Shown piece by piece: positions 23,715 through 36,439 of a DNA stretch of 64,000 bases. Location: the NCBI GenBank assembly GCA_964016885.1, contig OZ024764.1, positions 20,150,001-20,214,000 of the forward strand, read 5' to 3'. A program made the translations under genes and the position numbers. Position 1 is the stretch's first letter; every line of letters begins with the position of its first letter. The stretch comes from Eledone cirrhosa (taxonomy: Eukaryota). The notes beneath the pieces were generated by a model. That model searched no databases. It had not been told where the DNA came from and worked only from the letters and a program-made list of their open reading frames with translations.

Positions 23715-26383
23715 CTGGTATGGCCATGTTGTGCATTCTCTCTCAACTCATCTATGCTTGGTTGTTGATGCACATTGACATTGCACATCCAACGGAGCAT
23801 ACTTGCTTCATTTCTCTCCAGCCATCGCATATCCTCCACAGTTGCTGTCCATGTCTCACTACCGTGCAGCATCACACATCTCACGCAGGCATCACCAGCC
23901 ATTCGTTCTTAGGGAGAAACCCTTCTTTGTCAACAGAGCAAGCAGCTCCCTAAACGTCTTCCAACCCGTCCTTATTCTAGATACTATGGCCTCTGAGCAC
24001 CCTCCTCCCATGCTAATCTGATCACCTAGGTATAGGAAGCTATCAACCACCTCTGTAGATCCTTCCTGCATTTGAAAAATGTGTCTATCAATGCGACTTC
24101 TACTGTCAAATGTCCCTGTACATCTACTGCATATGTAGTTTTCCCTACCTGTTAGTTTGCCTGCTATCCCACTACATTTCTTGTGTACCCAAAATCTGCA
24201 TTGTGTACATTATAGAATTTATGCCAGTTCCTTTTCTACATATTGAACAAGGCCATTTCCCTGATGGAATGATAGTTTTGTCCTCTTTTCTACTCATTAA
24301 CACTTTTGACTTAGCTAGGTTCACTCTCAGTCCTCTTGCTTCCAACTGCTGTTGCAATAGCCAGAATTTATGCTCTAGCTCCTCTACTGATTCTGCTATA
24401 AGAACCACATCGTCAGCCTAGAGAAGTTCCCATGGACAGCCAGTCTTAAACTCCTCTTTTATGGCTTGGAGGACTATAATGAACAAGGGCGGGCTGAGGA
24501 CCGACCCTGATGTACTCCTACTTGTATCTGGAATTCCTTATTAAACTCCATTCCTACCCTCACTTTACTAACACCACCTCTGTACATAGCTTGCATTGTC
24601 CTCACAAACTATTCCTCTACACCTAATTTCCTTAGGGACCACCAGATGACAGATTGGGGTACTCTGTCAAAAGCCTTTTCTAGGTGAACAAAAGCTAAGT
24701 ATAGTGGTTTATTCTTCTCTAAGAACCTCTCTAGTAGTTGTCTCACTAAGAAGAGGGCATCTGTTTGACCCTTTCTCTAGGTTGCGCTAGTATTCTTTCT
24801 GTCACTTTCATAACCTGATCCATCAGTTTTATGCCCATATAATTACTCCTCTCCAGAACATCCCCTTTACCTTTACCTCAATTTATGAGAATACTGCTGC
24901 ACCAATCTTTGGGTATGACACCACCATATATAGCCTGATTAATGATGCATGCAACCAGTTTAATTCCTACTTCTCCTGATGCTTTTTGCATCTCAGCAAC
25001 TATCCCCAACAGTCCAGCAGACCTCCATTTTTCCTTTCCTTAATTACCTCTTGGACCCTATAGTCGTCAATCTCAATAGCTGGTCCTTCTGTCGGGTCTA
25101 CTGAAGGTAGTTTCTCTCCTATTCATTCTCCACATTCATCAGTCTCTCATAATGACATTTCCAGGCCTTCTTTTTCTGATCATTCGTGACACTAAGTACA
25201 CCGGCATCATCCCAGACACATTTATCTCCAACAACATCCTGATTTACACTGACACACTGCCTTGCAATGTGGAACACTGCACGCCTCTGATCTTCCCGTC
25301 GCAGAACATTGGCAAACCTCCTACTCTCAGCCTCCCTGCGTGCTAAGTAGACCTGACATCTAGCTTCTCTCTTAGTGGCTGTGTATCGGTCTCTACCCCT
25401 ACAATTTTTCCAAACATTCCATGCTAGTCTTTTGTCTCTAATGGCTCTATCTACCGTGCTGTTCCACCACCAGGTCACTCTGTGTCTGGTTGGAGCTCTG
25501 CTCCAGCCACAAGTTTTATGAGTAACCTGCAGTAAGTTGTCATGTAAGAAATTCCAGTTATCATCTATGTCATAAGACGCTAAAACGTCTTCTTTTTCAT
25601 CATACACATCTTGAAGGGCTTGCCTAAATTTATATTTTAGTGAAAGGTCTTTTAGTTTCCAGACCTTCCTTTTTCACACCTTCTTGTATGTCTCATTTTG
25701 TCTCTTGCTTACTGAGATGTCACTAACGATTAACCTATGTTGGGGGGTTACATTGTTCCCTGGGATATGCCTTAGTATTTGACACATCTGTCTGACTTGC
25801 TGCCTAACTAGCAAGAAGTCAATCTGTCTCATGTGCTCACCTGATTGGTAGGTTATTAGGTGGTTGGTAGGTTTCTTAAAGTGTTGCAAATGGTTAGTTC
25901 ACTTGCATCACAAAATACAAGAAGCCTCACTCCTTCTTTGTTTCTTGAGCCATAACCATGACCACCATGTACCCCAGTGTATCCATCCTGGAGCTGTCCA
26001 ACATGACCATTGAAGTCCCCTGCTATTATCACTAGGTCTCTGTCATTGTGGTTATCTCTACTTATTCCTTTTCTACATATGGAGCAGGGCCACTTTCCTG
26101 AAGGGGTCAGGGTCTTCTCTCCTATCCATTAGCACTTTAGTTTTGGCTAAGTATATTCTCAGAACTTACCATTTCAAATTCTATATCTATAGCTGGTCAT
26201 CTACATAGAGAAGTTTCCATAGACAGCCAGTCTTAAACCTCTCTGTTATGGCTTGGAGAACTATGATGAACAACAGTGGGCTAAGAACTAAACCATGATG
26301 AACTCCTACCTGTACCTTCAATTCCTCACTAAACACACTTTACTGACAGCTTCTCACAAGTCATTCTTCTACACCTAATTTCC
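23715..26383 (-). mobile_element. RTE LINE relic (paralog of 665-3290)
   Basis: Collinear and highly similar to the unit A copy; same ORF fragments (25119-25607, 24172-24408). Confidence 0.85.
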
Positions 26384-26387
26384 TTAA

Positions 26388-26595
26388 CCCTTTAGTATAT
26401 AAACTGGCCATATCTGGCCAGAATTCTCCCACATCTTTCTGTTCAAACTGGCTGTAACTGGTCACTTATACTTATGTTAAGGTATTGTTCTCAAAATAAG
26501 TAACATCAAAATCTCATAGATTTGATATTATGAGAGATAAAGCATTTACTGTGAAAATATAATAGTAAATATAGAGTAATGTGAATACTAAAGGG
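26388..26595. mobile_element. piggyBac-type MITE (paralog)
   Basis: TTAA|CCCTTTAGTAT...ATACTAAAGGG|TTAA. Confidence 0.8.
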
Positions 26596-26854
26596 TTAAT
26601 CTAATGTCACTAATAACTACTTTTATCAGTCAGTATAATCTAATATCACTAATAACTACTTTTATCAGTCAGTTTAATCTAATGTCACTAATAACTACTT
26701 TTATCAGTCAGTATAATCTAATATCACTAGTAACTACTTTTATCAGTCAGTATAATCTAATGTCACTAATAACTACTTTTATCAGTCAGTTTAATCTACT
26801 GCCACTAATAACTACTTTTATCAGTCAGTATAATCTACTGCCACTAATAACTAA
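26596..26854. repeat. 39-bp minisatellite (~6.5 copies)
   Basis: Same unit as in unit A, uninterrupted. Confidence 0.95.
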
Positions 26855-27203
26855 CCTATGTTAGTCAGCACATTCTTCACCAAGGAAGGCCTTAGTATTT
26901 ATTACAGTCCATTTATCAATATAGAAATATTATATGAAATTTGTACTGATGTATTACAAGTTTCTGAGTATCTTATAATGTTCTTTTATTATTTCAGAAT
27001 ACCAGAAGACATTGGCTTTAAAGAGCACGTTACATCAGACATATCCTCAACATTAACCATTTCTAATGAAAGACACTACCCATCATTTTCAAATAATTTT
27101 GAAAACACTCAACAATTTGAAGTGATTTAGTAATATAACTAAATTTCTCAGTATTAAGCTGTGAATTATGTGAGAAACTGATTGATGTCTTTTAGTAGGA
27201 GAT

Positions 27204-28400
27204 ATGTCGAAAAATATAGTAAAATCACCATTCCACTGTGATATCTGTGGTAAATCATTCTCTCGTAGTAATCACCTAACTACTCACAAACGTATTCATA
27301 CAGAAGAGAAGCCATATCAGTGTGATATCTGTGACAAATCATTCAGTCACAGTAGTAGCATCAGAGTTCACAAACATATTCATACAGGAGAGAAGCCATA
27401 TCACTGTGATATCTGTGGTAAATCATTCAGTCGCAGTAATACCTTAACTACTCACAAACGTATTCATACAGGAGAGAACCCATATCATTGTGATATCTGT
27501 GGTAAATCATTCACTTGTAGTCATCACCTAACTACTCACAAACGTATTCATACAGGAGAGAAGCCTTATAAGTGTGATATCTGTGGTAAATCATTCAGTT
27601 ACAATACTAGCGTCAGAGTTCACAAACAAATTCATACAGGAGAGAAGCCATATCGCTGTGACATCTGTAGTAAATCATTCTCTGACAGAAGTAGCTTCCT
27701 TAAACACCAACGTATTCATACAGGAGAGAAACCATATCAGTGTGATATCTGTGACAAATCATTCAGTCACAGTAGTAGCGTCAGAGTTCACAAACGTATT
27801 CATACAGGAGAGAAGACATATCACTGTGACATCTGTGGTAAATCATTCAGTCAGAGTAATACCTTAACTACTCACAAACGTATTCATACAGGAGAGAAAC
27901 CATATCACTGTGATATCTGTGATAAATCATTCTCTCGTAGTAATAACCTAACTACTCACAAACGTATTCATACAGGAGAGAAACCATATCACTGTGATAT
28001 CTGTGGTAAAACGTTCTCTAAAAACAATAACCTAACTACTCACAAACGTATTCATACAGGAGAGAACCCATATCATTGTGATATCTGTGGTAAATCATTC
28101 ACTTGTAGTCAGCACCTAACTACTCACAAACGTATTCACACAGGAGAGAAGCCATATCAATGTGATATCTGTGATAAATCATTCAGTGACAGTAGTAGCT
28201 TCAGAGTTCACAAACAAATTCATACGGGAGAGAAGCCACATCACTGTGACATCTGTGGTAAATCATTCAGTCACAGAAATACCTTAATTACCCACAAACG
28301 TATTCATACAGGAGAGATACCATATCACTGTGATATCTGTGGTAATTCATTCTCTCAGAGTAATCACCTAACTACTCACAAACGTATTCATACAGAATAG
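27204..28400 (+). CDS. Tandem C2H2 zinc-finger protein, 14 fingers (ZNF-B)
   Basis: 398 aa with 14 intact fingers. It ends at a TAG within a linker, and two more in-frame finger repeats follow to 28571. Confidence 0.9.
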   Translation: MSKNIVKSPFHCDICGKSFSRSNHLTTHKRIHTEEKPYQCDICDKSFSHSSSIRVHKHIHTGEKPYHCDICGKSFSRSNTLTTHKRIHTGENPYHCDICGKSFTCSHHLTTHKRIHTGEKPYKCDICGKSFSYNTSVRVHKQIHTGEKPYRCDICSKSFSDRSSFLKHQRIHTGEKPYQCDICDKSFSHSSSVRVHKRIHTGEKTYHCDICGKSFSQSNTLTTHKRIHTGEKPYHCDICDKSFSRSNNLTTHKRIHTGEKPYHCDICGKTFSKNNNLTTHKRIHTGENPYHCDICGKSFTCSQHLTTHKRIHTGEKPYQCDICDKSFSDSSSFRVHKQIHTGEKPHHCDICGKSFSHRNTLITHKRIHTGEIPYHCDICGNSFSQSNHLTTHKRIHTE

Positions 28401-28568
<168 letters not shown>

Positions 28569-29514
28569 TAGCTGTGTCAATATCAAACTCATTACATCAT
28601 ACTACAACAACCAATGTGTAGATCCATCATCCTTGCTTAAACTGGGGATAACCTTGTAGGTTTTACCTATGACAGGGATCATAAACACCAGGTTTCCATT
28701 TTTGAAGTAGTGTTTGAAGATTTCGTGTAAATTAAAGTTTTTCACATTAAACTTTGATTTATTATACTTTAACAGGTAAGATATATATTTGTATTTTTAG
28801 TAAAAGTTGGGAACTTCTGTAATTTAAACCTGCCAATAAAATGAAAACTTTTGTTGTTGTTAGTCAGACATTGATATTAATTCTATTGTCCTGTACATTG
28901 TCTCAAATATCACAGATTAAACAGATTTTAACAATAACAACAGAAATCAATAACTTGTAAGCCTAATATCTAGCTTCCATTTTAACTATTTGATATTGTT
29001 GTTCCCCTCCTGTCTCTTCAGGTCTTTTTTGATTTCAACTTCTATCTACTGTACTATTCCATCACCAAGGCAACATTCATCTGGCTGGCAGCTTACATCA
29101 ACTACAGATCTCCAACCCTTCTTTCTCCAGATAGTCTTGTATCTGTCAGTCCCTCTAGATCTTATATTTAACAGGGAGATGTTTTACTCTCCAACCCTTC
29201 TACCTCCAGATAGTCTTGTACCTGTCAGTCCCTCTAGTATCTAGTATCTAGTCTATGTTGAGTGGTACGTCCTTCTCCAGTAAAGGAGTTAATATTCCCA
29301 ACCATCTGTCTATCCTGTTTTCTGATGAGAATGAAGTTAATCTAGTTTATCTCTTCACCTGATTGAAGTAACTAGATCAAGTAACTAGATGCTTTCCTGT
29401 AAGTTAGTGTTGCAGTGTTTGTGTCACCATGTAAGGTTTATATCTATTAATATAGAGATGTAGTAAAGTTTTCACTGTTGTATCTCTATTTTCTAAATAT
29501 CTTAATAATGTTTC

Positions 29515-29915
29515 TCTACTATTTCAGAACATCACATGACCTTGACAGAAAAGAGTCTTTTAAAGACAACAGAAAGATGTTACATACAAGTGATATAAAC
29601 TTGTTTAGTCTGTGGTGAATTATGGTGAAATATTTCTTCTGAATTGAGATAAATAACAACATTTTCCTTTTTCACTGTCTGGAATATTTACAAGATGATT
29701 TTACATTCTGATTAAACTTTGGATATTTACAAAGGAGTTTTCAAAATATTGGATATTGACAAAGATCACATTTGATAAAATTATGAACAATAGAAATATT
29801 TACATCAACATAGGAATATTTTCCAGAAGAGATGGGAAAATCATTATACCACTGTAATATTTGTGGTAAAGTATTCTCTCTTCTTTATATGTAGAATATC
29901 TAACTAAACACTTTA
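29515..29915 (+). pseudogene. Relic of a second ZNF gene (paralog of 10870-11270)
   Basis: ATG at ~29832 gives MGKSLYHCNICGKVFS, after which the array is lost. Confidence 0.65.
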
Positions 29916-29966
29916 ACAAACTATTGTGCTATAGAATTGACAAACTTGAGGAATCTTTAATAAATG

Positions 29967-32019
29967 ATACTGATAGAGGGACCAGCAGTGTTAGTCGAAG
30001 GTAGTATAATAAGTAAGGCAATCAAAGATATGAAGACGGGTAAGGCGGCTGGGCCTTCGGAAATAGTTGCTGAGATGCTGAAAGCCTCCGGTACGGTGGG
30101 ACACACCATGGTCACCCGGATAGTAAACCAAGTCATACAGAATGGGGTTGTTCCGAAGGACTGGCGTAGCAGCATCATCGTTAACTGTTACAAGGGTAAA
30201 GGAGACGCCCTAGATAGGAGTAACTATAGAGGCATTAAATTAATCGACCAGGTCATGAAGGTCACGGAAAAAGTAATAGCGCAACTAATCAGAGAGAATT
30301 GACCTAGATGAAATGCAGTTCGGGTTTGTGTCAGGCAAAAGTACCACAGACGCTCTTTTCATTGTACGACAACTACAGGAGAAGTACCTAGCTAAAAGTA
30401 AACCCCTATACTTAGCTTTTGTCGACTTGGAGAGAGCCTTCGACAGAGTCCCCCGTTCCATTATCTGGTCGGCTCTTAGAAAACTAGGTGTTGACGAATG
30501 GCTTGTGAGAGCCATACAAGCCATGTATAAAGAAACAGTCAGCAAGGTTAGAATTAACAACGAATATAGTGAAGAGTTTAGCGTAAAAGTTGGTGTCCAT
30601 CAGGGCTCTGTTCTTAGCCCCCTACTATTTATTATTGCCCTTCAGGCTATAACAGAGGAGTTCAAGACCGGCTGCCCATGGGAACTCCTATACGCAGATG
30701 ATCTAACGCTCATAGCTGAATCAATGGCCGAGCTAGAGAAGAAATTCCAAACATGGAAGCACGGTCTAGAATCAAAAGGACTTAAAATTAACCTGGCTAA
30801 GACTAAAGTTCTAGTTTGTAGGAAAGAAAATAAGGCGCCGGTCCCCTCCGGGAAATGGCCATGCTCAGTGTGTAGGAAAGGCGTAGGTAGAAACTCCATT
30901 TTATGTCCCAAATGCAAAGTATGAGTGCATAAAAGATGTAGTGGGATCACAGGTAAGCTAACTAAGAACACAGATTTTACATGTGGCCGGTGCTCTGGTG
31001 CAATAAGTAGCAGCAAGTGCCCACGAAATACTAGCTCATTCAACTGCGCAGAGGGCTCTATAGAAATAGTGGACAGCTTCCGTTACCTGGGTGACAAAAT
31101 CAGCAGTGGGGGAGGGTGCTCTGAAAGTACAGTAGCTAGAGTCAGAACTGGATGGAAAAAGTTCGGAGAGCTTATACCACTATTAGCCGCTAAAGGGTTC
31201 TCCCTAAAAATGAAAGGCAGGTTGTATGATGCCTGCATACGAACAGCAATGTTGCATGGCAGTGAGACCTGGGCATTGTGTGCAGAGGATATACGCAGAT
31301 TAGAGAGGAACGAAGCTTGCATGCTCCGCTGGATGTGTAATAGTAATATACCTGAACGGCAAAGCATAAACGAACTAAGGAAAAAATTAGAAATAAGAGG
31401 GATCAGATGTTTACTCGAGAGAAGGCTACGTTGGTATGGTCACGTGATGCACATGAAAGACGACAGCTGTATAACAAAGTGCAGGGCAATAAAGATAGAT
31501 GGTAGCCACGGAGTAGGCAGACCCAGGAAAACCTGGGACGAGCTGATAAATTCCGACCTCACACACTTACACCTCTCCAAGACAATGTCACTGGACCGAG
31601 ACCTTTGGCGGTACTCAGTAACAGAGAAGACCCGCCTTACCTAAATACAAAGTAAAACCTCCTAGTCAGTAGGCATCTCTAACAAAATTCACCCCGTCCC
31701 ACTCTATCCACACCGCCCCCTCGAAATGCAAAGTTATGTTGGTGCCACAACATCCAGGCCGAAACAAACGAGATCGTGTAGGTGTCACGACAAAAAAACA
31801 CACAGTCCATGCTGTAATGTGACCGTGTAGGCAACACGGTAAAAACCTCCCAGTCCCACACTGTAAATGTGGTTGGTGTTAGGAAGGGCATCCAGCTGTA
31901 GAAAACCCGCCAGACAGTCCTATGCGAGCAAGACAACCACTCTTGCCTCAAGTAGGAAAACCCCCGTCCAAACCAATGCAAGCGTGGAACAGGGACGTTA
32001 AACGATGATGATGATGATT
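29967..32019 (+). mobile_element. 5'-truncated RTE LINE, private to unit B
   Basis: ORF pieces 29964-30302, 30313-30924 and 30925-31644 with NYRGIKL, GVHQGSVLSP, YADD and HGSETW; 3'UTR and (GAT)n tail. Empty sites at ~11325 and ~54570. Confidence 0.9.
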
Positions 32020-32348
32020 ATTTCTCCAAACTGTCGTTTACTAACTTTAACTTGAAGCTATATTATCTATATACTACTAAAACTCTGTGATTGTGTCTTG
32101 TCTGTAATTTAATACAGCTAAAACGGTGCATAATGGGGAAATACTTTGAAAGGAATAAAACAAGTTTTGTATAAATTGGAGCACAGGTTCCCAAGATACG
32201 GGGTTTTCTGGGTACCTTCATAAATATAGGGAGAGAAAGAGATAGTGGTGGTGAGAGAGTGGGAGCTGGTGGTGTTGTTTAATAAAATATGTGTGTGTGT
32301 ATATATATATATCTATATATATATACGTATGTGCATATATATGTATCT

Positions 32349-34059
32349 GTCATCATCATCATCATCACCGTTTTACGTCCGTTCTTCCACGCTAGCATGG
32401 GTTAGACGGGTTATCCTGTTGTGGGCAGTGTCTGGTCGGCTGACCATGCCTTGCTCATACAGGAACTGATCTGGCTTGATTTCTACAGCTGGATGCCCTT
32501 CCTAACACCAACCTCATTTACAGTGAGTGCTGGGTGCTTTTTCGTGGCGCCTACACGTCCACTTTACAGTGTGGGCTGGGTGCTTTTTTGCCGTGGCACC
32601 TCCACGACCACCTTGTGGGGGGGGGGGGGGGGGGGCATATTGTTTATATGCTTCAGCATGTACCCATGGGAGGTCGGGTACCCTGTATTACTGCGTGACG
32701 CCAGAAGTCACGGTCGTGTGTCATTGACTTTGAGAGGTGTAGTTGGGTAAGGTCGGCTTTTATCACCTCATCCCAAGTCATCTTGGGTCTCCCCACTCCG
32801 CGGTTTCCATCAACTTCTAGTGCTCTGCACCTTTTTATGCAGCTGTCATCCTTCATACGCATCACATGTCCATACCAGCGTAACCGCCTCTCCTGCACGC
32901 AGCATTTGATTCCTCTTATGCTCAGTCTCTCTCTCAATTCATTTATGCTTTGTCGTTCACGTATATTACTGTTACACATCCATCGGAGCATGCAGGCTTC
33001 GTTTCTCTCTAATCTACGTAAGTCTTCCACCTTCAGCGCCCAGGTCTCACTACCATGCAACATCGCTGTTCGGATACACGCATCATACAGTCTGCCTTTC
33101 ATTCTGAGGGAGAAGCCTTTTGCAGCTAGCAGTGGTAGTAGTTCCCTAAACTTCTTCCATCCCGTTCTTACCCTAGTTATTGTACTTTCTGAGCACCCAC
33201 CTCCGTTGCTAATTCGGTCACCTAGGTAGCAGAAGCTGTCTACTGTTTCTACAGGGCCCTCCCAGAGATTGGTGGTACTTGTTTCCTGTGGCTGTTTGCT
33301 TGCTGTTTCAGCACAGCTGCTGCATGTGAATCCTACATTCTTAATTAAGCTTCCTGAGATCCCGCTACATCTCTTGTGTACCCATTGTTTGCATTTGGGG
33401 CAAAGAATGGAGTTCCTACCTACACCTTTCCTACATACTGAGCAAGGCCATTTCCCTGAGGGGATCTGGGTTCTGTTTTCTCGTCTACTTATAAGGACCT
33501 TAGTCTTTGTCATGTTGACTTTGAGGCCCTTTCTCTCTAGTCCCTGCTTCCAGGTTTGGAATTTATTCTCTAGTTCTACCATAGATTCAGCTATGAGTGC
33601 GAGGTCATCAGCATACAGGAGTTCCCATGGGCATCCGGTCTTAAACTCCTCCGTTATTGCCTGCAGGACTATGATGAACAGGAGAGGGCTAAGAACAGAG
33701 CCCTGGTGGACCCCAACCTGTACGCTAAATTCCTCGCTATACTCATTGCCAATCCTAACTTTGCTGACTGCTCCCCTATACATGGCTTGTACCGCTTTCA
33801 CAAGCCATTCATCTACTCCTAGTTTTCTAAGAGCCCACCAGATTACTGCACGTGGAACTCTGTCAAAGGCTTTCTCAAGGTCGACAAATGCCAAGTAGAG
33901 TGGCTTACTTTTAGCTAGGTACTTTTCCTGTAATTGCCTTACAAGGAAGAGCGCATCAGTGGTGCCTTTCCCTGGTACAAACCCAAATTGCATCTCGTCT
34001 ATATTCACCCGGTCCCTAATCAGCTGTGCTATAACTCTTTCTGTTACTTTCATGACCTG
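32349..34059 (-). mobile_element. 5'-truncated RTE LINE with an uninterrupted RT frame
   Basis: Open frame from QVMKVTERV to the stop at 32653 (MQFGF, DLEKAFD, QGSVLSP, YADD); 3'UTR and (GAT)n tail at ~32350-32367. Confidence 0.9.
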
Positions 34060-34079
34060 TATATATATATATACGTATG

Positions 34080-34383
34080 AAGCATATAGACAATATGCCA
34101 CCATAACCTCCCATTGCAAGGTGGTCGTGGAGGTGCCACGGCAAAAAAGCACCCAGCCCACACTGTAAAGTGGACGTGTAGGCGCCACGAAAAAGCAGCC
34201 AGCACTCACTGTAAATGAGGTTGGTGTTAAGAAGGGCATCCAGCTGTAGAAATCAAGCCAAATCAGTTCCTGTATGAGCAAGGCATGGTCAGCCGAGCAG
34301 ACGCTGCCCACAACAGGACAACTCGTCTAACCCATGCTAGCATGGAAGAACGGACGTAAAACGGTGATGATGATGATGATGAT
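34080..34383 (+). mobile_element. RTE 3'UTR-only copy, inverted relative to 32350-32655
   Basis: Close reverse complement of the neighbouring element's 3'UTR, ending in (GAT)n. Confidence 0.85.
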
Positions 34384-34896
34384 ATATATATATACGTATG
34401 TGTATATTTTAACTATTTAAAAATTATTTTAAATGACTTTTAAAAAATAGTGATAAAGGAACGTGACCCAACAGGTCGCGGGTGGTCTAGTTTGTTACTA
34501 AATACTAGATATTAGAGGGTCATGTTGTTCTAGATGTGCTGGAAGAGCCATTCCATCTCGTGAGGCTCACACCAGCAGCTAGCCACCTCAGCACCTATGG
34601 TGGTATATTTATTATATTATTTATTCTTTATCATTAACATTAATATAAAAGATAATTATATATTTTTAGAGAAGAACCTCTAACTTCATATAGCTTAGGG
34701 CTTCAGTAGGTAAAAGTCTGGCCCTGCTTGTCTTGTATTTTTTAGGGGAGAAGTTAGGGAATACTGTTATTGTGTGAAAGTTTTCTAAATCTTCTTCAGC
34801 CACTAACATGGAGAAGATATTTCAGTAAAAAGGTTCACATCCTGACATCTATAGCTGTTAACAATGAGATTGGAATTCATTATTAAACAAATGTTA

Positions 34897-35490
34897 TATC
34901 ATCATCACTGTTTAACATCAGTTTTTCCACGCTGGCATGGGTTAGACGAGTTATCCTGTTGTAAGCAATGCCAGGTCAGGTGACCACGTGTTGCTCCTAC
35001 AGAACAAATTTTGGTTTGGTTTCTACAGCTGGATGACCTTCCTAGAACCAAGCTTATTAAAAAGCACCCAGTACATTAAGTACTGGGTGCTTTTTATTGT
35101 GACACCTACATGACCATTTTAAAGTTTTGGCTGGGTACTTTTTGTTGTCACCTACATGACCACTTTACAGTTTTGGCTGGGTGCTTTTTGCCGTGACACC
35201 TACGCAACTGCTTTACAGTGTGGGCTGGTTTCTTTTTGTCATATCACCTACATGACCAGCTTATAGTGTTGGCTGTGTGTTCTTTACAGTGTGGGTTGGG
35301 TGCTTTTTGTCATATCACCTACATGACCACCTTAGAGTGTTGGCTGTGTGTTCTTTGCAGTGTGGGTTGGGTGCTTTTTGTCATGTCACCTACATGACCA
35401 CCTTATAATGTTGACTGTGTGTTCTCTACAGTGTGGGTTGGGTGCTTTTTGTCATATCTCCTACCTAACCACTTTGCAGTGTGGGCAGTG
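34897..35490 (-). repeat. RTE tail plus 48-bp minisatellite (unit-C-type variants)
   Basis: Same head as 11652; the monomers and downstream flank match 55600-57200. Confidence 0.8.
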
Positions 35491-35739
35491 AAATATCAGT
35501 AATGCACCAGCTCCAATATTCAGTAATCAGAAGAAGGGAGGTAAGCATAAAAGCAAAACTTGCTGTCTTCAATTAGGTTTTTGTTCCAACCCTTACCTAT
35601 GGTCACATATCTTGGGTAATGACCAAAAGAATATGATTGGGAATACAAATGGCAGATATGGGATTCCTCTGAAGGGTCTTTGAAGAAACGTTTCTCAATA
35701 AAGTGCATAGCTCTTAGATCAGAGAGTCACTCCAGGTGG

Positions 35740-36010
35740 AGCTGTTACTTCTCCGAATTGAGAGATCACAGCTGCAATACTATGGCCATGTGGTTAGAAT
35801 GTCTGAGGAAAGAATCACTGGATAGATTTTACAGGCTAAACTAACTGGCAGGAGACCCAGGGGTATACCTGAGCAAGATGGTCACATAATATCCATGAGC
35901 TTGGCTGGTCTCTCTGGGAGATCCAGCCAGATCAGTTGGAGTGGGTTGCTTCTGACAGGACCTGTTGGAGGGAGTGTTTGAGGACTCTGCCCCCAAGACC
36001 CTCTCTGGAA
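35740..36010 (+). mobile_element. Old RTE/RTE-X LINE 3' fragment; paralog ~57430-57700
   Basis: Translates to QLQYYGHVVRMSEE...GRRPRG...W...DRTCW. Confidence 0.5.
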
Positions 36011-36439
36011 TAAGAAGAGGTTGAGGTTACATAATCAACATCAGATTTCCCAGCTAGCAAGGGTTTAATGAGTACTTCAACCAAGTAAGTACTAAAGTGA
36101 GGCTACTGATCTCCCAGACAAACCAAGGATCTGAGACTTATTTACATAAGGTCTCATTTGCTACTGAGTGCACAGAAAAGGTTGTCATGTCTTTGTCATG
36201 ATTGAAGGGTTCTCCGACACTATTGTCGGGCAAGCTTTCTATGGCTAGATGTCCTTCACATGACCAACCACATTACAGCCTGTGTTGGGTGTGTTTATCA
36301 TGTAGGTGAGGCATAACAAACTGAGGGTTCCCTAAGGGCCACATAGGTCACGTGTTGTCTGAGGGTTGCACAGTGCAATTAATTATGTACACAACAACTA
36401 ATTAAAGTCATTTAATAAAATTTAATATAGAAAGATTTG

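Larger units (their letters stand above)
32066..34490 (+). mobile_element. Non-autonomous Helitron interrupted by two RTE insertions
   Basis: A|TC start at 32066 and hairpin cgtgacc-caaca-ggtcgcg with CTAG|T at 34487-34490. The uninterrupted paralog is 54623-54991. Confidence 0.7.

Noticed and set aside
32653-34311. 552-aa ORF as a genuine gene with a novel N-terminus
   Set aside because: The N-terminal ~85 codons are an antisense RTE 3'UTR plus microsatellite, and the frame has no ATG at its start; a chance in-frame fusion.
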